The notes: generated by a model from the letters alone, not told the origin. DNA of 64,000 bases from Desulfurococcaceae archaeon (GCA_038888155.1 JAWAJB010000001.1:224001-288000); one strand, 5' to 3'; positions 1 through 10,181 are shown, counted from the first letter of the stretch. Numbers and translations are program-made.

Positions 1-77
1 GGCCTACTTTCATAAATACCATCGAAATTTACATTAGGTAGAAACCAGCGAAAAGTTGAGCAAGCAAGATTGAAAAT

Positions 78-653
78 CTATTCAACTTTTACTTTAACGC
101 CTTTACCGTTTCCCTTCAGCTTTTTTAGCTTAACCTCTAAAACGCCGTTCTTGTAAGTGGCTACAGCTGACGAGGGATCTGCCTTAGCTGGCAAGTCTAC
201 TTCTTTATAGTACTTTCTCTTTTCGTTGCTGGCGCTTATAATTAGTGTTTTGCCGTCCTCTGACACTTTCACGTCGATTTTGTCTTTATCTACGCCGGGA
301 ATTTCAGCCACAACGGTCATCCCTTCCTCGGACTCAAATACATCTACAAGCGGCTCTCTCTCCTCGACTACAGAGGGCTTTCCGCGAACTCTTTTAACAT
401 TGCCGAACTCCCTAATGATGGGTTTACCGTCAGGGCCGATCGTTATGCTGAACCCGTACACGTAGGGCTTAATGCCGTACTTTTCAAGCTCCTTCATTTT
501 CTCCGGGGTAGTTTCCCAGGAAAACCTCATGCCGAACTCCTTGAGAAGCCTCTCCATGTCCTCCATGATCCGATTGAAGTACTCATCGATGTCGTCCCAA
601 TACCTCCTCCTCCTTCGCCACCACCAATTGTCTTCTTCCAATTGCATCACCAT
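78..653 (-). CDS. hsp20: Archaeal small heat shock protein Hsp20
   Basis: Alpha-crystallin domain (EPLVDVFE...AEIPGV.K..I.V...YKNGVLEV); archaeal PYVYGFSITIGPDGKP motif; C-terminal VKVE. Confidence 0.95.
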   Translation of the reverse strand: MVMQLEEDNWWWRRRRRYWDDIDEYFNRIMEDMERLLKEFGMRFSWETTPEKMKELEKYGIKPYVYGFSITIGPDGKPIIREFGNVKRVRGKPSVVEEREPLVDVFESEEGMTVVAEIPGVDKDKIDVKVSEDGKTLIISASNEKRKYYKEVDLPAKADPSSAVATYKNGVLEVKLKKLKGNGKGVKVKVE

Positions 654-729
654 TTAGTTAATAAGATTTCTAGCTCTTTATATTTTTAGTAAATAAACGA
701 GGCTGAAGCATATAGTTTACAGTGAACGC

Positions 730-1173
730 GTGAGTCCGGGACTGGTGTCTGACTTGCCTGAAGCTCATGTAGAGATCTTGAGGCTGAGATCTACTGAGAG
801 ATTTCAGCTAATCGACATTACCGGCATGGTAGAAGACGCCGTTGTTAAGTCGGGCGTGTCGCGCGGGCTTGTCCTCGTTTTTGCGCCCCACACTACAGCC
901 TCTATAATAATCAACGAGGGAGAGGGGGGTTTAATGAGCGACATCATGGAGAAAGCAAAAGACTTCACTCAACCTGGAAGCACTAAGTGGAGGCATAATT
1001 TGATCGACAGGAACGCTCACGCGCACATAGGATCAGCTATTTTCGGCTCCGAGAGGTGCCTTCCAGTAGTTGGGGGACGAGTAGCTAGAGGTCCCTGGCA
1101 AAATATAATGTTTTTTGAAATGGATGGACCTAGGGAGGAAAGAATGGTATACGTAGTCGTTGTGGGTGAGTAA
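730..1173 (+). CDS. yjbQ: YjbQ/UPF0047 family protein
   Basis: [16 protein letters not shown] and [15 protein letters not shown] motifs. Confidence 0.9.
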   Translation: MSPGLVSDLPEAHVEILRLRSTERFQLIDITGMVEDAVVKSGVSRGLVLVFAPHTTASIIINEGEGGLMSDIMEKAKDFTQPGSTKWRHNLIDRNAHAHIGSAIFGSERCLPVVGGRVARGPWQNIMFFEMDGPREERMVYVVVVGE

Positions 1174-1175
1174 AC

Positions 1176-2354
1176 ATGAAGCTGTACATTGCATCAGAAG
1201 AAGAGATCTTAAGTGGCGCTGTCACGGATATCTACTTCACTCGAACAGTTAATGTCCTCAGAGCTAAGAATATAAGGAAAAAGGTCAGAATGGAGTTTCA
1301 CGTAGTGAAGCTCCCAAGGGGATTCGAGTGGGCTGTCTTCGCCGGGCTAGAGGAGTGCCTATACTTACTCAAAGATAAGCCTGTAGACGTTTACGCAATG
1401 CCCGAGGGAACGCTCTTCAAGGCTGGCGAGCCATTAATGATTGTAGAGGGGTACCTCGACGACTTCATTATCTATGAAACGGCGCTACTGGGTATACTTA
1501 GACACTACAGCAGCATTGCCACAAAGGCGGCCAGAGTGAAGAGGCTTGCGCTGGATAAAACGCTGCTCTTTTTCGGGCTCAGGGCATTGCACCCAGCAAT
1601 TGCGCCCATGGTTGACAGAGCTGCGTACATTGGAGGCATAGACGCCGTATCAGGAGTGGCTAGCAACAAGCACTTAGGCCTACAGCCTCAAGGAACAATG
1701 CCCCATGCTTTGATTATAGCTTTCGGCAACCAAGTCGAGGCGTGGAAGGCATTTGACGAAGTAATAGAGCCAGAGACTCCTAGGGTAATGCTCGTTGACA
1801 CATTCTACGATGAAAGAGTAGAGGCGCTAATGGCTGCCAATGCCCTAGGGAAAAAGCTCTACGGCGTTAGGCTGGACACACCTAGCAGTAGACGCGGGGA
1901 TATGAGGCTAATTGTAGAAGAAGTTCGCTGGACTTTAAAGTTACATGGATACGATAACGTTAAAATAGTTGTTAGCGGCGGGGTTGACGAAAAAGAAATA
2001 ATTAAACTGAGAGACTTGGTGGACGTATTCGGCGTGGGAACAAGCATAGCTATGCCCCCGAGCATTGACATTAGCGCAGATATTGTTGAGGTGTTTGAAG
2101 ACAATGAGTGGAAGCCCATTACAAAGCGGGGTAAATTGCCTGGAGCTAAGCAAGTTTACAGGAAGAGACCTGGCTTAAATGACATAGTAACGTTGCTCGA
2201 GAGGGGGGGTAAAATGCCAGCTGATTATCAACCGCTTATGAGAAAATACATTGAGGCGGGAAGGGTTGCTTCCGCTCTACCTAGCCTCAGAGAAATTAGG
2301 GACTACGTTATTGAGCAGCTAAAGGAGGTCCCAGAGCCCGTAGTTACCGAGTAG
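1176..2354 (+). CDS. pncB: Nicotinate phosphoribosyltransferase
   Basis: [35 protein letters not shown] motifs. Confidence 0.93.
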   Translation: MKLYIASEEEILSGAVTDIYFTRTVNVLRAKNIRKKVRMEFHVVKLPRGFEWAVFAGLEECLYLLKDKPVDVYAMPEGTLFKAGEPLMIVEGYLDDFIIYETALLGILRHYSSIATKAARVKRLALDKTLLFFGLRALHPAIAPMVDRAAYIGGIDAVSGVASNKHLGLQPQGTMPHALIIAFGNQVEAWKAFDEVIEPETPRVMLVDTFYDERVEALMAANALGKKLYGVRLDTPSSRRGDMRLIVEEVRWTLKLHGYDNVKIVVSGGVDEKEIIKLRDLVDVFGVGTSIAMPPSIDISADIVEVFEDNEWKPITKRGKLPGAKQVYRKRPGLNDIVTLLERGGKMPADYQPLMRKYIEAGRVASALPSLREIRDYVIEQLKEVPEPVVTE

Positions 2355-2363
2355 GGTGGCGCA

Positions 2364-3359
2364 GTGTACCTGGATACTGCAATACTAGACCACTACTACT
2401 TAGAGCTCGACAATGGATGTATTGCCGTAGTAACTGGCAACTGGCATACTGAGTACTGCGCGGTAGGGTACATTAAGTACTGCCCCACTAGCAAGCCAAC
2501 GCCGTGGAGCAGAAATGGTACATTCTACGAGAGGCTTGTGAAGACTTACAGCGCTAAAAGCGTAAGAGAGCACACCGGTTGGAGTATCTACATCCCCTTT
2601 TTCGACAGCTTTGTGCCGTGCATACCAGTTCACAGAGTTGTTAAGGCGTGGAACCCCATTGCGCGAACGCTTGATCTAACTAATAAAGTTAGAGATGAAC
2701 TGGAGAGAAGAGCCCTAGAGGCTGTAATGGAAATTAGCGAATACACTGGAGTTTTAACGGGAATAACTGGCTCGCTGCTCCCGGGAATACACAACTTGCA
2801 AATGAGCGACATAGATTTTGTAATATATGGTTCCTACAATTCACTTAAAGTTGTTGAGTACATTAGCGATCATAAGGATACTTTTAAGCCTTTAAACGGG
2901 CTTTCGCTCGCGAAGTGGGCTGAAGGCGCCTCTCAGAGTACTGGGCTGACAGTCAAAGAAGTCCTCAAGTTCTACCGCAATTGGCGAAGGGGGGCCCGTA
3001 ACGGAAGGGAGTACTCAATAATATACAACGACGGTGTACGCAGAGATGCGCTCACGCTGCCTACCTTCAGGAATGGCAAACCCATTAAAGCCATTGTAGA
3101 GCTTGAAGGCGGTTTAGATGCATTAAGCTATCCGTCTTACTCAAGGGTTCTCTCGTGGAGGGCGCCGAAAACAGCCTCGCGGGATGCCCCGCACGACATT
3201 GAGGGCATCTTAAGCTATGAAACTGTTTACATGCCTGCCCTATACGAGGGTGGCCTATTTGAGATAGATGGCTTGCTTCAGTGTTGTGACTTAACTGAGA
3301 CGTGCAGGGTGTTATTAGGGGGAGCTGAGTATAGGGGGACAATGAAGTACTGTAAGTGA
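2364..3359 (+). CDS. Nucleotidyltransferase-domain protein (COG1665-like)
   Basis: GITGSLL...SDIDFVIYG Pol-beta-type NTase motif. Confidence 0.7.
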   Translation: MYLDTAILDHYYLELDNGCIAVVTGNWHTEYCAVGYIKYCPTSKPTPWSRNGTFYERLVKTYSAKSVREHTGWSIYIPFFDSFVPCIPVHRVVKAWNPIARTLDLTNKVRDELERRALEAVMEISEYTGVLTGITGSLLPGIHNLQMSDIDFVIYGSYNSLKVVEYISDHKDTFKPLNGLSLAKWAEGASQSTGLTVKEVLKFYRNWRRGARNGREYSIIYNDGVRRDALTLPTFRNGKPIKAIVELEGGLDALSYPSYSRVLSWRAPKTASRDAPHDIEGILSYETVYMPALYEGGLFEIDGLLQCCDLTETCRVLLGGAEYRGTMKYCK

Positions 3360-3363
3360 TTGC

Positions 3364-3954
3364 ATGGCTGTTTTCCTTGTAGCTTACGACATAGGCGGCT
3401 CAAAACCAATCTCGCGAGTGCTGTGTTATGCGTCCAAGCGCTACGGAGTTGACGCCATACTGCTCTTGGGCGAGACGATATCGCCTAACGTAGTTAAGTG
3501 GCTTTACGAGGGGTGTAGAGCAAAGGTTCTCGGAGTCCTCGGGAGATGCGATGGGGCCGCAGTTGCGCAAGCGTTAAAAGAAGTTGGCGGGCTTGTTGAG
3601 TGTAAGCAAATTAGTGTAAGCGGAGTAGATATTTACGGGTTTGGATTGAGCGGTTGCCAGCCGACTACCTCTTTAAAGGCACATTTATTTATCTCAAATA
3701 TGCCCGGCCTAAATTACACATGTCAAATGCCAGGATCAGATGTTGTAGATGCGATCGTAGAGCAAATTAGCCCAATTGCAGTAATTGCGGGCAGATCTAA
3801 TACACCGTGCAGAAGGGGCATCGTTTTCTCGCCGGGTAGTGCAAGAAGAGGCTACTTTGGGTTGCTGAAAGTAGAGGACTCAAAAGCATTAACTAGTGTT
3901 GTGCACACCGATTTGCTGATAGTAAACAGCATTGAGAGCAATATGTCAACTTAG
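3364..3954 (+). CDS. Degenerate metallophosphoesterase-fold protein
   Basis: Calcineurin-like layout (YDIGG, LLGET, VLGRCD, SPGS..RGYF) with the metal ligands substituted. Confidence 0.5.
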   Translation: MAVFLVAYDIGGSKPISRVLCYASKRYGVDAILLLGETISPNVVKWLYEGCRAKVLGVLGRCDGAAVAQALKEVGGLVECKQISVSGVDIYGFGLSGCQPTTSLKAHLFISNMPGLNYTCQMPGSDVVDAIVEQISPIAVIAGRSNTPCRRGIVFSPGSARRGYFGLLKVEDSKALTSVVHTDLLIVNSIESNMST

Positions 3955-4194
3955 CTATCTAATAGAGGGTCCAATAACGTAAAAGAATTGACTCGCTTAT
4001 AGAGATGCTCAAAGAGCTCTGCAGCAGATTTAAAAAAACAAGCATTGGGGCAGAGAGAGGCATAAGGCATATTACGCATTACGCTTTGCTCGAGCGGCTA
4101 AAGCAGCCTAGTTGGTATTTCAGCTGAAAAAGCAGGGAATTTCGTTGGCGAGTTGCTGTAATGTTGTGGAAACTAAAGCAGCAAAGCTTTAAAG

Positions 4195-4527
4195 CTAAAT
4201 AAGTTTTGATCCAGGCTTGACCTTTTCTGCCGCTATTACTACTACTGGGGGGTCAGAATCAGTAGCTAATAGCATGCCCTGGCTCTCTAAGCCCATTATT
4301 TTCTTTGGCTTTAGGTTTACAACTACTACGATGTGCTTACCAATGAAGTACTCGGGAGGGTACCATCTAGCGAGCCCTGCAATTATTTGCCTTTCCCCCA
4401 GCTCCCCAAGATCAACGGTTAGCCTTATGAGCCTTTCTGCGCCAGGAACTTTTTCAGCTGTCTTAACGAGCCCTACCCTCAAATCTACCCTCTTAAATTC
4501 CTCTATACCTATTGTCTCCCCGCTCAT
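4195..4527 (-). CDS. tRNA-binding protein (Trbp111/CsaA, MetRS C-terminal-like)
   Basis: F.RVDLRVG, RQIIAGL, VNLKPKKIMGLESQGMLLA. Confidence 0.92.
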   Translation of the reverse strand: MSGETIGIEEFKRVDLRVGLVKTAEKVPGAERLIRLTVDLGELGERQIIAGLARWYPPEYFIGKHIVVVVNLKPKKIMGLESQGMLLATDSDPPVVVIAAEKVKPGSKLI

Positions 4528-4583
4528 AAGAACCTACCATAATCCCATAGTTAATTAAGGTTGGTAGTATTAAATAAATCGAG

Positions 4584-5294
4584 CTAGCAGCTGAGCCCTT
4601 TTTCCCTGCACATTTCCCTGAAAATATCAGCTGGTGTTCTTCTGTAAGAGAGGAATCCCCGCTGAGCTATATCCTCCTCTATAAATTGATCTACCCCTTC
4701 CGGCAGGGCTTTTGAAAGCTCTAGATATAGGCTTTCCAACCTAAGCTTGCCCTCTAGGAGGCTTTGGTTCAAGATGTCAACGAGGGGGAAAAGGCTTTCT
4801 CTATTAACAATTATGCCGCTTCTGCCTAGGATTAACTGGGATATGTAGATGCCAGTTATAAGCTCCAAGAAGTAGCCTCTTCTCTTGCTTGCGCTCAATA
4901 CACCGCTGTGCTTAAACCCAAGTCTCCTAGCAGTTTTTAAGAGCGCTACTGCTTTCTTAGAGCTAAGCGCGTATACATGCAGTATTGGTCCAGTCACGTT
5001 AATCCACAGATTCTTATAAGGCTTTAAGCTGTACAGGAAGTCTAGTTCTTCAACTTTTACGGGCGTGTGCGATTTAAACACAACGCCTGTTTCCTCTCTA
5101 CTCCAAGGGTAGAGCGAGTCAATAACTACTATTCTACCGCTACAGCTGCTGGTAGTGTAGAGATCGCTGTCTCTATTTATAGTGAGGAGAAGCGGGAGTA
5201 AATCCCTATCGAGGTAGCCTATCTCGAGGTCGCTCCATATCTTGCCCCAAAATAGCCTTTTCCGAGATTTCCACTCATTAGAGCTTAGATGCAT
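4584..5294 (-). CDS. taw3: tRNA(Phe) wyosine methyltransferase Taw3
   Basis: YTTSSCSGRI signature, PILHV, GFKHSG. Confidence 0.9.
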   Translation of the reverse strand: MHLSSNEWKSRKRLFWGKIWSDLEIGYLDRDLLPLLLTINRDSDLYTTSSCSGRIVVIDSLYPWSREETGVVFKSHTPVKVEELDFLYSLKPYKNLWINVTGPILHVYALSSKKAVALLKTARRLGFKHSGVLSASKRRGYFLELITGIYISQLILGRSGIIVNRESLFPLVDILNQSLLEGKLRLESLYLELSKALPEGVDQFIEEDIAQRGFLSYRRTPADIFREMCREKGLSC

Positions 5295-5359
5295 AAATTC
5301 AGCACCGCTGTTATAATTAAAAGGTTTTACTTGTTTAAGTTTTAATTCAGGTTAAAGCA

Positions 5360-6190
5360 ATGATTGGGCTTGTTTACAGCGTCATAGATAGAGCTGGAAG
5401 GGGGATAGCGGGCTATTTGGTTAACGAGCTCAGGCCAACAGAAGTTGGGCATTGCAGGGAAGCTGTTGTCTGCCTCTCTGGAGAGAACTTCATGCTAGCT
5501 GGCTTTAATGAAGACGTTATCTACTTTGACTTTCTCGACAAGAGGTTGCCGCCAGCAGTTGAGCTCTATATCATACTTTCAAGGCACTCGAGCGAGGCGG
5601 GAATAAAAAGTTACACAGTGCACGCAACTGGCAACTTCTCCGATGATGCTACAGTGGGCGGGCGCCCCCGCGAGCTGGGAATTGCCCATCCCCCCGCCTC
5701 ATGGGCTCTACTTAAGGCCCTCGATAAAATATCAAGGGATGCTGACAGGAGGGAGGAATACGAGGTGAGCTATGAGGCGACTCACCACGGCCCTACTAAT
5801 TTGCTTAAGCCAACGGTGTTCATCGAGATTGGTAGCAGCTTAAGCGAGTGGAGCGACTCGATAAATCACATCATTGTTGGCGAGGCCATAAAGCAAGTCA
5901 TTGAAGCGTACCCCAAGCTACCGCCTTGTAAACCGGTTATCGGAGTAGGAGGCGGCCACTACCCCAAGAAACACACAGAGCTCGCCCTTAGTGAAAACGT
6001 GTGTTTTGGCCACATAGCGTCAAAGTACGCGTTGAGTTTCCTAGACTTGAATATGTTGAACAACATGTTAACTAAGAGCGCTGTTGCCCCAGAAGGCGTA
6101 GTTGTCGAGAGGAAGAGCACAACCCGCGAGCACAGAGCTCTCGTTGAGGAATTCTCTCGGGGAAGAAGCTTGCAACTCAGATATATTTAA
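5360..6190 (+). CDS. dtdA: D-aminoacyl-tRNA deacylase (DTD2 type)
   Basis: SRHSS, TVHATGN, EATHHGPT, FIEIGS, GGGHY motifs. Confidence 0.93.
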   Translation: MIGLVYSVIDRAGRGIAGYLVNELRPTEVGHCREAVVCLSGENFMLAGFNEDVIYFDFLDKRLPPAVELYIILSRHSSEAGIKSYTVHATGNFSDDATVGGRPRELGIAHPPASWALLKALDKISRDADRREEYEVSYEATHHGPTNLLKPTVFIEIGSSLSEWSDSINHIIVGEAIKQVIEAYPKLPPCKPVIGVGGGHYPKKHTELALSENVCFGHIASKYALSFLDLNMLNNMLTKSAVAPEGVVVERKSTTREHRALVEEFSRGRSLQLRYI

Positions 6191-7245
6191 GTGAAGTTGA
6201 TAACTTTGTCGTGAATCCACCTTCTAGTAAGCTTCATCCATATCAATCTAATACAGAGGTCTCCCGACAAGCCCCTATCGGCTGGTAGCTCGATCTCAGT
6301 TTCGAAGGTATCGCCTGGGGCCATTTTGGCCTTAGTTTCCTTCGAAGTGTATAGGAGGTCTCCGTGCTTGAGCAGGGATATAACGAGCTTATCTGGCTGG
6401 GCTTCCCCCCTGTTGTGAATGGAGAGCTTGAGTTTAATCTTCTTGTCCTCAACAACGTAATTTACGCTGCTTAATTCCAGCAGGGGTTGCTTTACAGTGC
6501 TATTGTACAGGGTTAGTCCAGACAGCACTAAGTGTGAGTCCCCGCCCTCTAATCCTATTGGGGACACCTCAATAAATTCCTCGTTTTCCCCCAGCGTAAC
6601 AGCTAGCTCCTCGAACCTCCTCTGAGGAACATGATACCTCGTGCTGTACGTGTTAGTTGCTACTTTGATTTCAGTTGGTTTAGGAGCGTACGTAATTATT
6701 CTAGCTGATAGTGCTTTCCCCGATGGATCGAGCTTGAACCTTACGCTTTCGCCTTGCTTTAGCATGAGTAAGCCGGTTAAGTGCTTGTAGTCTGTTAATG
6801 CATCTTGGTCTTCGTATATGACATCTAGTAAAATTGCCTTGATTGTGAAGGGGTCTCCCCCTTCGTACTTAATTCCCAAGTTAATCCACTCCCTGTTGAG
6901 GGATTCGGGGATGTTTAAAATGCTCGTTATGTCGTATACAAACTTGTACAGCCCGCGATCCTTCTCTACATCTGTTAACGTGTACGTTGGTTTGAACAGG
7001 CGAGTAATGCCGATTCCGTTTAACTTTAACTTCCACTCTGAGTAGGGCTTCCTAGACTCCACTAAGACCTCCAGAAGCGCATAGCTAGCTTTTCTACTCG
7101 CTCTATTCAGGAGGTTTAAGGGAATGTTTATCTTGGAGTTGTAGTTGCTAAGCGTCTCGTCTAGCGGCTTAAATAGCGCTAATAGGTCTCCCCTAACTTG
7201 GTGTACTTCCACTGTGTCAACTACTCCTTTGGGCACTTCTATCAC
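6187..7245 (-). CDS. Hypothetical protein with C-terminal CARDB/Ig-like domain
   Basis: Long ORF; C-terminal IHNRGE...APGDT beta-sandwich pattern. Confidence 0.55.
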   Translation of the reverse strand: MIEVPKGVVDTVEVHQVRGDLLALFKPLDETLSNYNSKINIPLNLLNRASRKASYALLEVLVESRKPYSEWKLKLNGIGITRLFKPTYTLTDVEKDRGLYKFVYDITSILNIPESLNREWINLGIKYEGGDPFTIKAILLDVIYEDQDALTDYKHLTGLLMLKQGESVRFKLDPSGKALSARIITYAPKPTEIKVATNTYSTRYHVPQRRFEELAVTLGENEEFIEVSPIGLEGGDSHLVLSGLTLYNSTVKQPLLELSSVNYVVEDKKIKLKLSIHNRGEAQPDKLVISLLKHGDLLYTSKETKAKMAPGDTFETEIELPADRGLSGDLCIRLIWMKLTRRWIHDKVINFT

Positions 7246-7464
7246 CTTTAAAAATTATACTACCACTAAATTTATGTGTAGTGAGTAATTATAATGCCTG
7301 TTTTAAGCAAGGCATTAAGGGAAGCTAAAGCAGAGGACTTAATTGCGAGGTTCTCAGGTAGCTGGGGCTATGCGCAACCTAGTAGTGGACAGGGTAATTA
7401 GGTCGAGGGATTTTTGCTCGAGTTAATGCCAACTCATTTAGATTGCGCGTTACATTTAATTTGT

Positions 7465-7479
7465 TGCGTTAATAACGCA
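7465..7479. promoter_or_regulatory. Perfect palindrome TGCGTTA-A-TAACGCA, candidate operator
   Basis: 7-bp inverted repeat ~40 nt upstream of the GNAT/MoaD operon; contains GTT-N3-AAC. Confidence 0.4.
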
Positions 7480-7517
7480 CTGAGCCTATAGTATATCATT
7501 AGCTATGGTGTTGAGGC

Positions 7518-7892
7518 ATGTCTTGGGAGCTTGGGCGCGAAGTTAAGCACACAAGCCAAGTAATATACGTAGTTCTCGAAGATAAGAGCAAGGCGTATTT
7601 AAAGTACCAAGTCGAGGGCAAAGTCATGAAGCTCGTTGAAACTTATACTCCGCCGCAGCACAGGGGCAAGGGAATTGGCAACGTACTAGTGAACTACGCA
7701 ATTGACTTAGCGAAGAGCAACCAGTGGCTTATAGAGCCCATTTGTAGCTATACAATATACTACTTTATGAGGAATAAGGACAAGAGGCTTGCCCTAGTGG
7801 AAGAGTACAGAGATCTAAGTGAGGAAAAGTGGGTGAGCCTCTTCGAGAGCGCTAAGAGGAGAGAGGCAGAACAAAGGCGTGAGCAGAGTTGA
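7518..7892 (+). CDS. GNAT N-acetyltransferase (YjdJ-like)
   Basis: ETYTPPQHRGKGIG acetyl-CoA motif and PICSY. Confidence 0.85.
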   Translation: MSWELGREVKHTSQVIYVVLEDKSKAYLKYQVEGKVMKLVETYTPPQHRGKGIGNVLVNYAIDLAKSNQWLIEPICSYTIYYFMRNKDKRLALVEEYRDLSEEKWVSLFESAKRREAEQRREQS

Positions 7893-8161
7893 GGATCTAC
7901 ATAAAATACTTGTTGTGGCTATCTGAGGTATTCGGGACTAAAGAGGAAATAGTAGAAGTCCCTGGAGAAACAACAGTAGCTGGCGTATTGAGAGCATTGA
8001 TCGCACGAAGACCGCGGGCTGAGAGTTATATAAGGAATATCCTCTCTGGGAATTCAGAGATAATTGTCCTTCACAACTCTATGACTCCAGTTAATGGCTT
8101 GGATACTGTTCTCCGCGATCAAGACACTATTACTTTAATTCCACCTGTTTCGGGCGGTTGA
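7889..8161 (+). CDS. MoaD/ThiS/Urm1 ubiquitin-like sulfur carrier
   Basis: Beta-grasp size, C-terminal LIPPVSGG. Confidence 0.9.
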   Translation: MRIYIKYLLWLSEVFGTKEEIVEVPGETTVAGVLRALIARRPRAESYIRNILSGNSEIIVLHNSMTPVNGLDTVLRDQDTITLIPPVSGG

Positions 8162-8200
8162 ATTTAAAATCTGCATTTATTTAAGATATATCATAAAGAG

Positions 8201-8306
8201 GCCGCCGTGGCTCAGCCTGGTAGAGCGCCGGCCTTGTAAGCCAGGTTAGATTGCTAGGCCTGTCCGGGTGAGCCGGTGGTCGCGGGTTCAAATCCCGCCG
8301 GCGGCT
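8201..8306 (+). tRNA. tRNA-Thr(TGT) with 32-nt intron at 37/38 (8239-8270)
   Basis: Cloverleaf GCCGCCG/CGGCGGC; anticodon TGT at 8235-8237; GGTTCAAATCC T-arm; BHB-like junction; upstream TTTAAG TATA box. Confidence 0.93.
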
Positions 8307-9462
8307 TGTTTCCGTCCTCTCCTTTGAGCCCTCCTCTCTGATGTGAAGATCTCAACTTCTTGGCGTTAAAGCGGTACACTGCAAGGGGGTTCCCTCCGCC
8401 AGGGCAGCGCTCAATTATGGGGCACAGACCTCCTGCCTTCAGGTTTTCGCAAGTGTAGGGCTTATACTTCACCTTACTGCCTCTAAGCCCGAGAATATGC
8501 TCTATCTGGTACCTAGCCACTCTTTCATTGAAATCAGCTGCCCTCTTAAAGTACTCCATGAGTTCATCTACATCTAGCCCAATGTTGCCCAAGAAGGCTA
8601 CTAGGTTGAATCTCTCTGCGTGGCTTGGGTTTCCACCAGAGTTCAAATTATCTAGTATTTTCTTTATGCAGGGCGGGAAGAGGCTCTCGGCTATTCTGCC
8701 CCTATACAGCGAGCCGACGAGCTCGCCCTCGTTGCTTGGGGTTATTGAAGGTTGCTCTGCCAGCTCCTTCCCGTATAGAGCTGCGACTAAAGCCTCTACT
8801 TCCTTAAGCATGTTGCTGTACTCCTCATTTGTGGGTGGAGTAGCGGACTCGCATGCCGACACTATGACTTGAAATATGTACTCCTCGAGGACTCGTCTAT
8901 ATGACTGGTGGTCTAGGTATATGTAGCCCCCGTGAACGATGTTGTTAACTAGCGCGTAAGATTGATCATGAAGAAGCCTGTGCAGGGCTATTTTCATGTA
9001 CTCGACAACGGGTAGCGCGAAAACGCATGCCTTAAAGCCCACGCCCTCCCTTTTCCCGTGAACAGCTAATACTGGTAAACGAGGGGGGTTATCTACTTCT
9101 AGTATTACGTTAAGACCTAGCTTCCTCCCAATGAGGTACAAAACATCATCTCTTTCGTTGCCTAGAAAAGTAGATGCAGTCTTTGAGTAAGCTAGTGCTA
9201 TCCTATTAACTAATCGCCTGTCATTTAATGACTTGGCTAGGTCTAGTAGAGAGCAGTACATTAACACGCCTTCATCCTCGCCCCCGAGGTTCTCTAAGGG
9301 GACTTTGCCCTTCTCTAAGATTTCCCTAAGTGTGGCCACAAGCTTATCCTTTAGGTCCTGGCTCTTTGAAACGAGAACGCTTGGCTTCACTATAAATAAT
9401 TGAGGAAACTCTTTGGGGGATGCCACAAAGGGGTACTTCAAGTAATCTATTTTAGCCGGCAA
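8254..9462 (-). CDS. priL: DNA primase large subunit
   Basis: KYPF N-terminus; FPPCI, SHAERFNLVAFL, DFNERVARYQIEHI, YKPYTC..L...GLC Fe-S domain; probable TTG start at 9462. Confidence 0.92.
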   Translation of the reverse strand: MPAKIDYLKYPFVASPKEFPQLFIVKPSVLVSKSQDLKDKLVATLREILEKGKVPLENLGGEDEGVLMYCSLLDLAKSLNDRRLVNRIALAYSKTASTFLGNERDDVLYLIGRKLGLNVILEVDNPPRLPVLAVHGKREGVGFKACVFALPVVEYMKIALHRLLHDQSYALVNNIVHGGYIYLDHQSYRRVLEEYIFQVIVSACESATPPTNEEYSNMLKEVEALVAALYGKELAEQPSITPSNEGELVGSLYRGRIAESLFPPCIKKILDNLNSGGNPSHAERFNLVAFLGNIGLDVDELMEYFKRAADFNERVARYQIEHILGLRGSKVKYKPYTCENLKAGGLCPIIERCPGGGNPLAVYRFNAKKLRSSHQRGGLKGEDGNKPPAGFEPATTGSPGQA

Positions 9463-9526
9463 GGCGCTGCACCAACTACTAATCTTGAGATTGGCTACTC
9501 CAAGGTCATCTCTTAATTTAAGAAAG

Positions 9527-9594
9527 TCAGCGCTTTGGCCCCACATCACTCTTCAGGGCGGTACCTCTATCGAGGTCCCCCTAACATCATCCGC
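9527..9594 (-). ncRNA. Candidate box C/D sRNA
   Basis: Minus strand reads ATGATG...CTGA-aga-GTGATG...CTGA (C, D', C', D order); TTATAAG TATA ~25 nt upstream. Confidence 0.6.
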
Positions 9595-9653
9595 AAATTC
9601 ATATTTACACACTCCCTTATAAGTTCTAGTAGTACTACAGGGTGTAGGGCTGG

Positions 9654-10181
9654 CTAGCTAAATAGCTCGAACTCTATTCTCTCATAGCCACTAGTGATCT
9701 GCCCCTTGCTCACTGCAAATGATAGAACTCTACTATCGTAGAGCAAATTAAAAGGAACGCCTAAATCCGCTTTTAAGACTTTAGCCCTTGAGGGGAAGAC
9801 CCAGTAGACCCTGTAGTCGTACTCAGCTGTCTCAGGCTCATAGATGTCTTCATATGTGTTTACCCCCCTTCTAAACTCGCCTAGAAAAACTATGAAGAAA
9901 ACTACGTAAGGGTGCCTGTAGCTACCCCGGAACCCTACATCTACTCCCAATACCCCTGGGTAAACGGGCTTAGAGTTGATTTTCACTTCTTCGGCATCTA
10001 GAAAACTCTGCATGTTTCTAGCTAAGAGCTTTTTCTCATCTTCGAGCTTATCTCTGCTCTGAGCTATTGACTTGTAGTACTCGCTTGGGTCATGGTAATC
10101 GAAAACTACTACTTGTTCCACTAACCCCGTTTCGCGGACGAAAAACAGCCCCATGCCGTAAACAGGGGTAACGCTACTCAC
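9654..10181 (-). CDS. Conserved crenarchaeal hypothetical protein
   Basis: Clean ORF in an operon with the upstream HTH gene. Confidence 0.6.
   Translation of the reverse strand: MSSVTPVYGMGLFFVRETGLVEQVVVFDYHDPSEYYKSIAQSRDKLEDEKKLLARNMQSFLDAEEVKINSKPVYPGVLGVDVGFRGSYRHPYVVFFIVFLGEFRRGVNTYEDIYEPETAEYDYRVYWVFPSRAKVLKADLGVPFNLLYDSRVLSFAVSKGQITSGYERIEFELFS

Noticed and set aside
9463-9549. N-terminal extension of PriL in the ORF track
   Set aside because: Overlaps the sRNA candidate; homology-like sequence begins near the TTG at 9462
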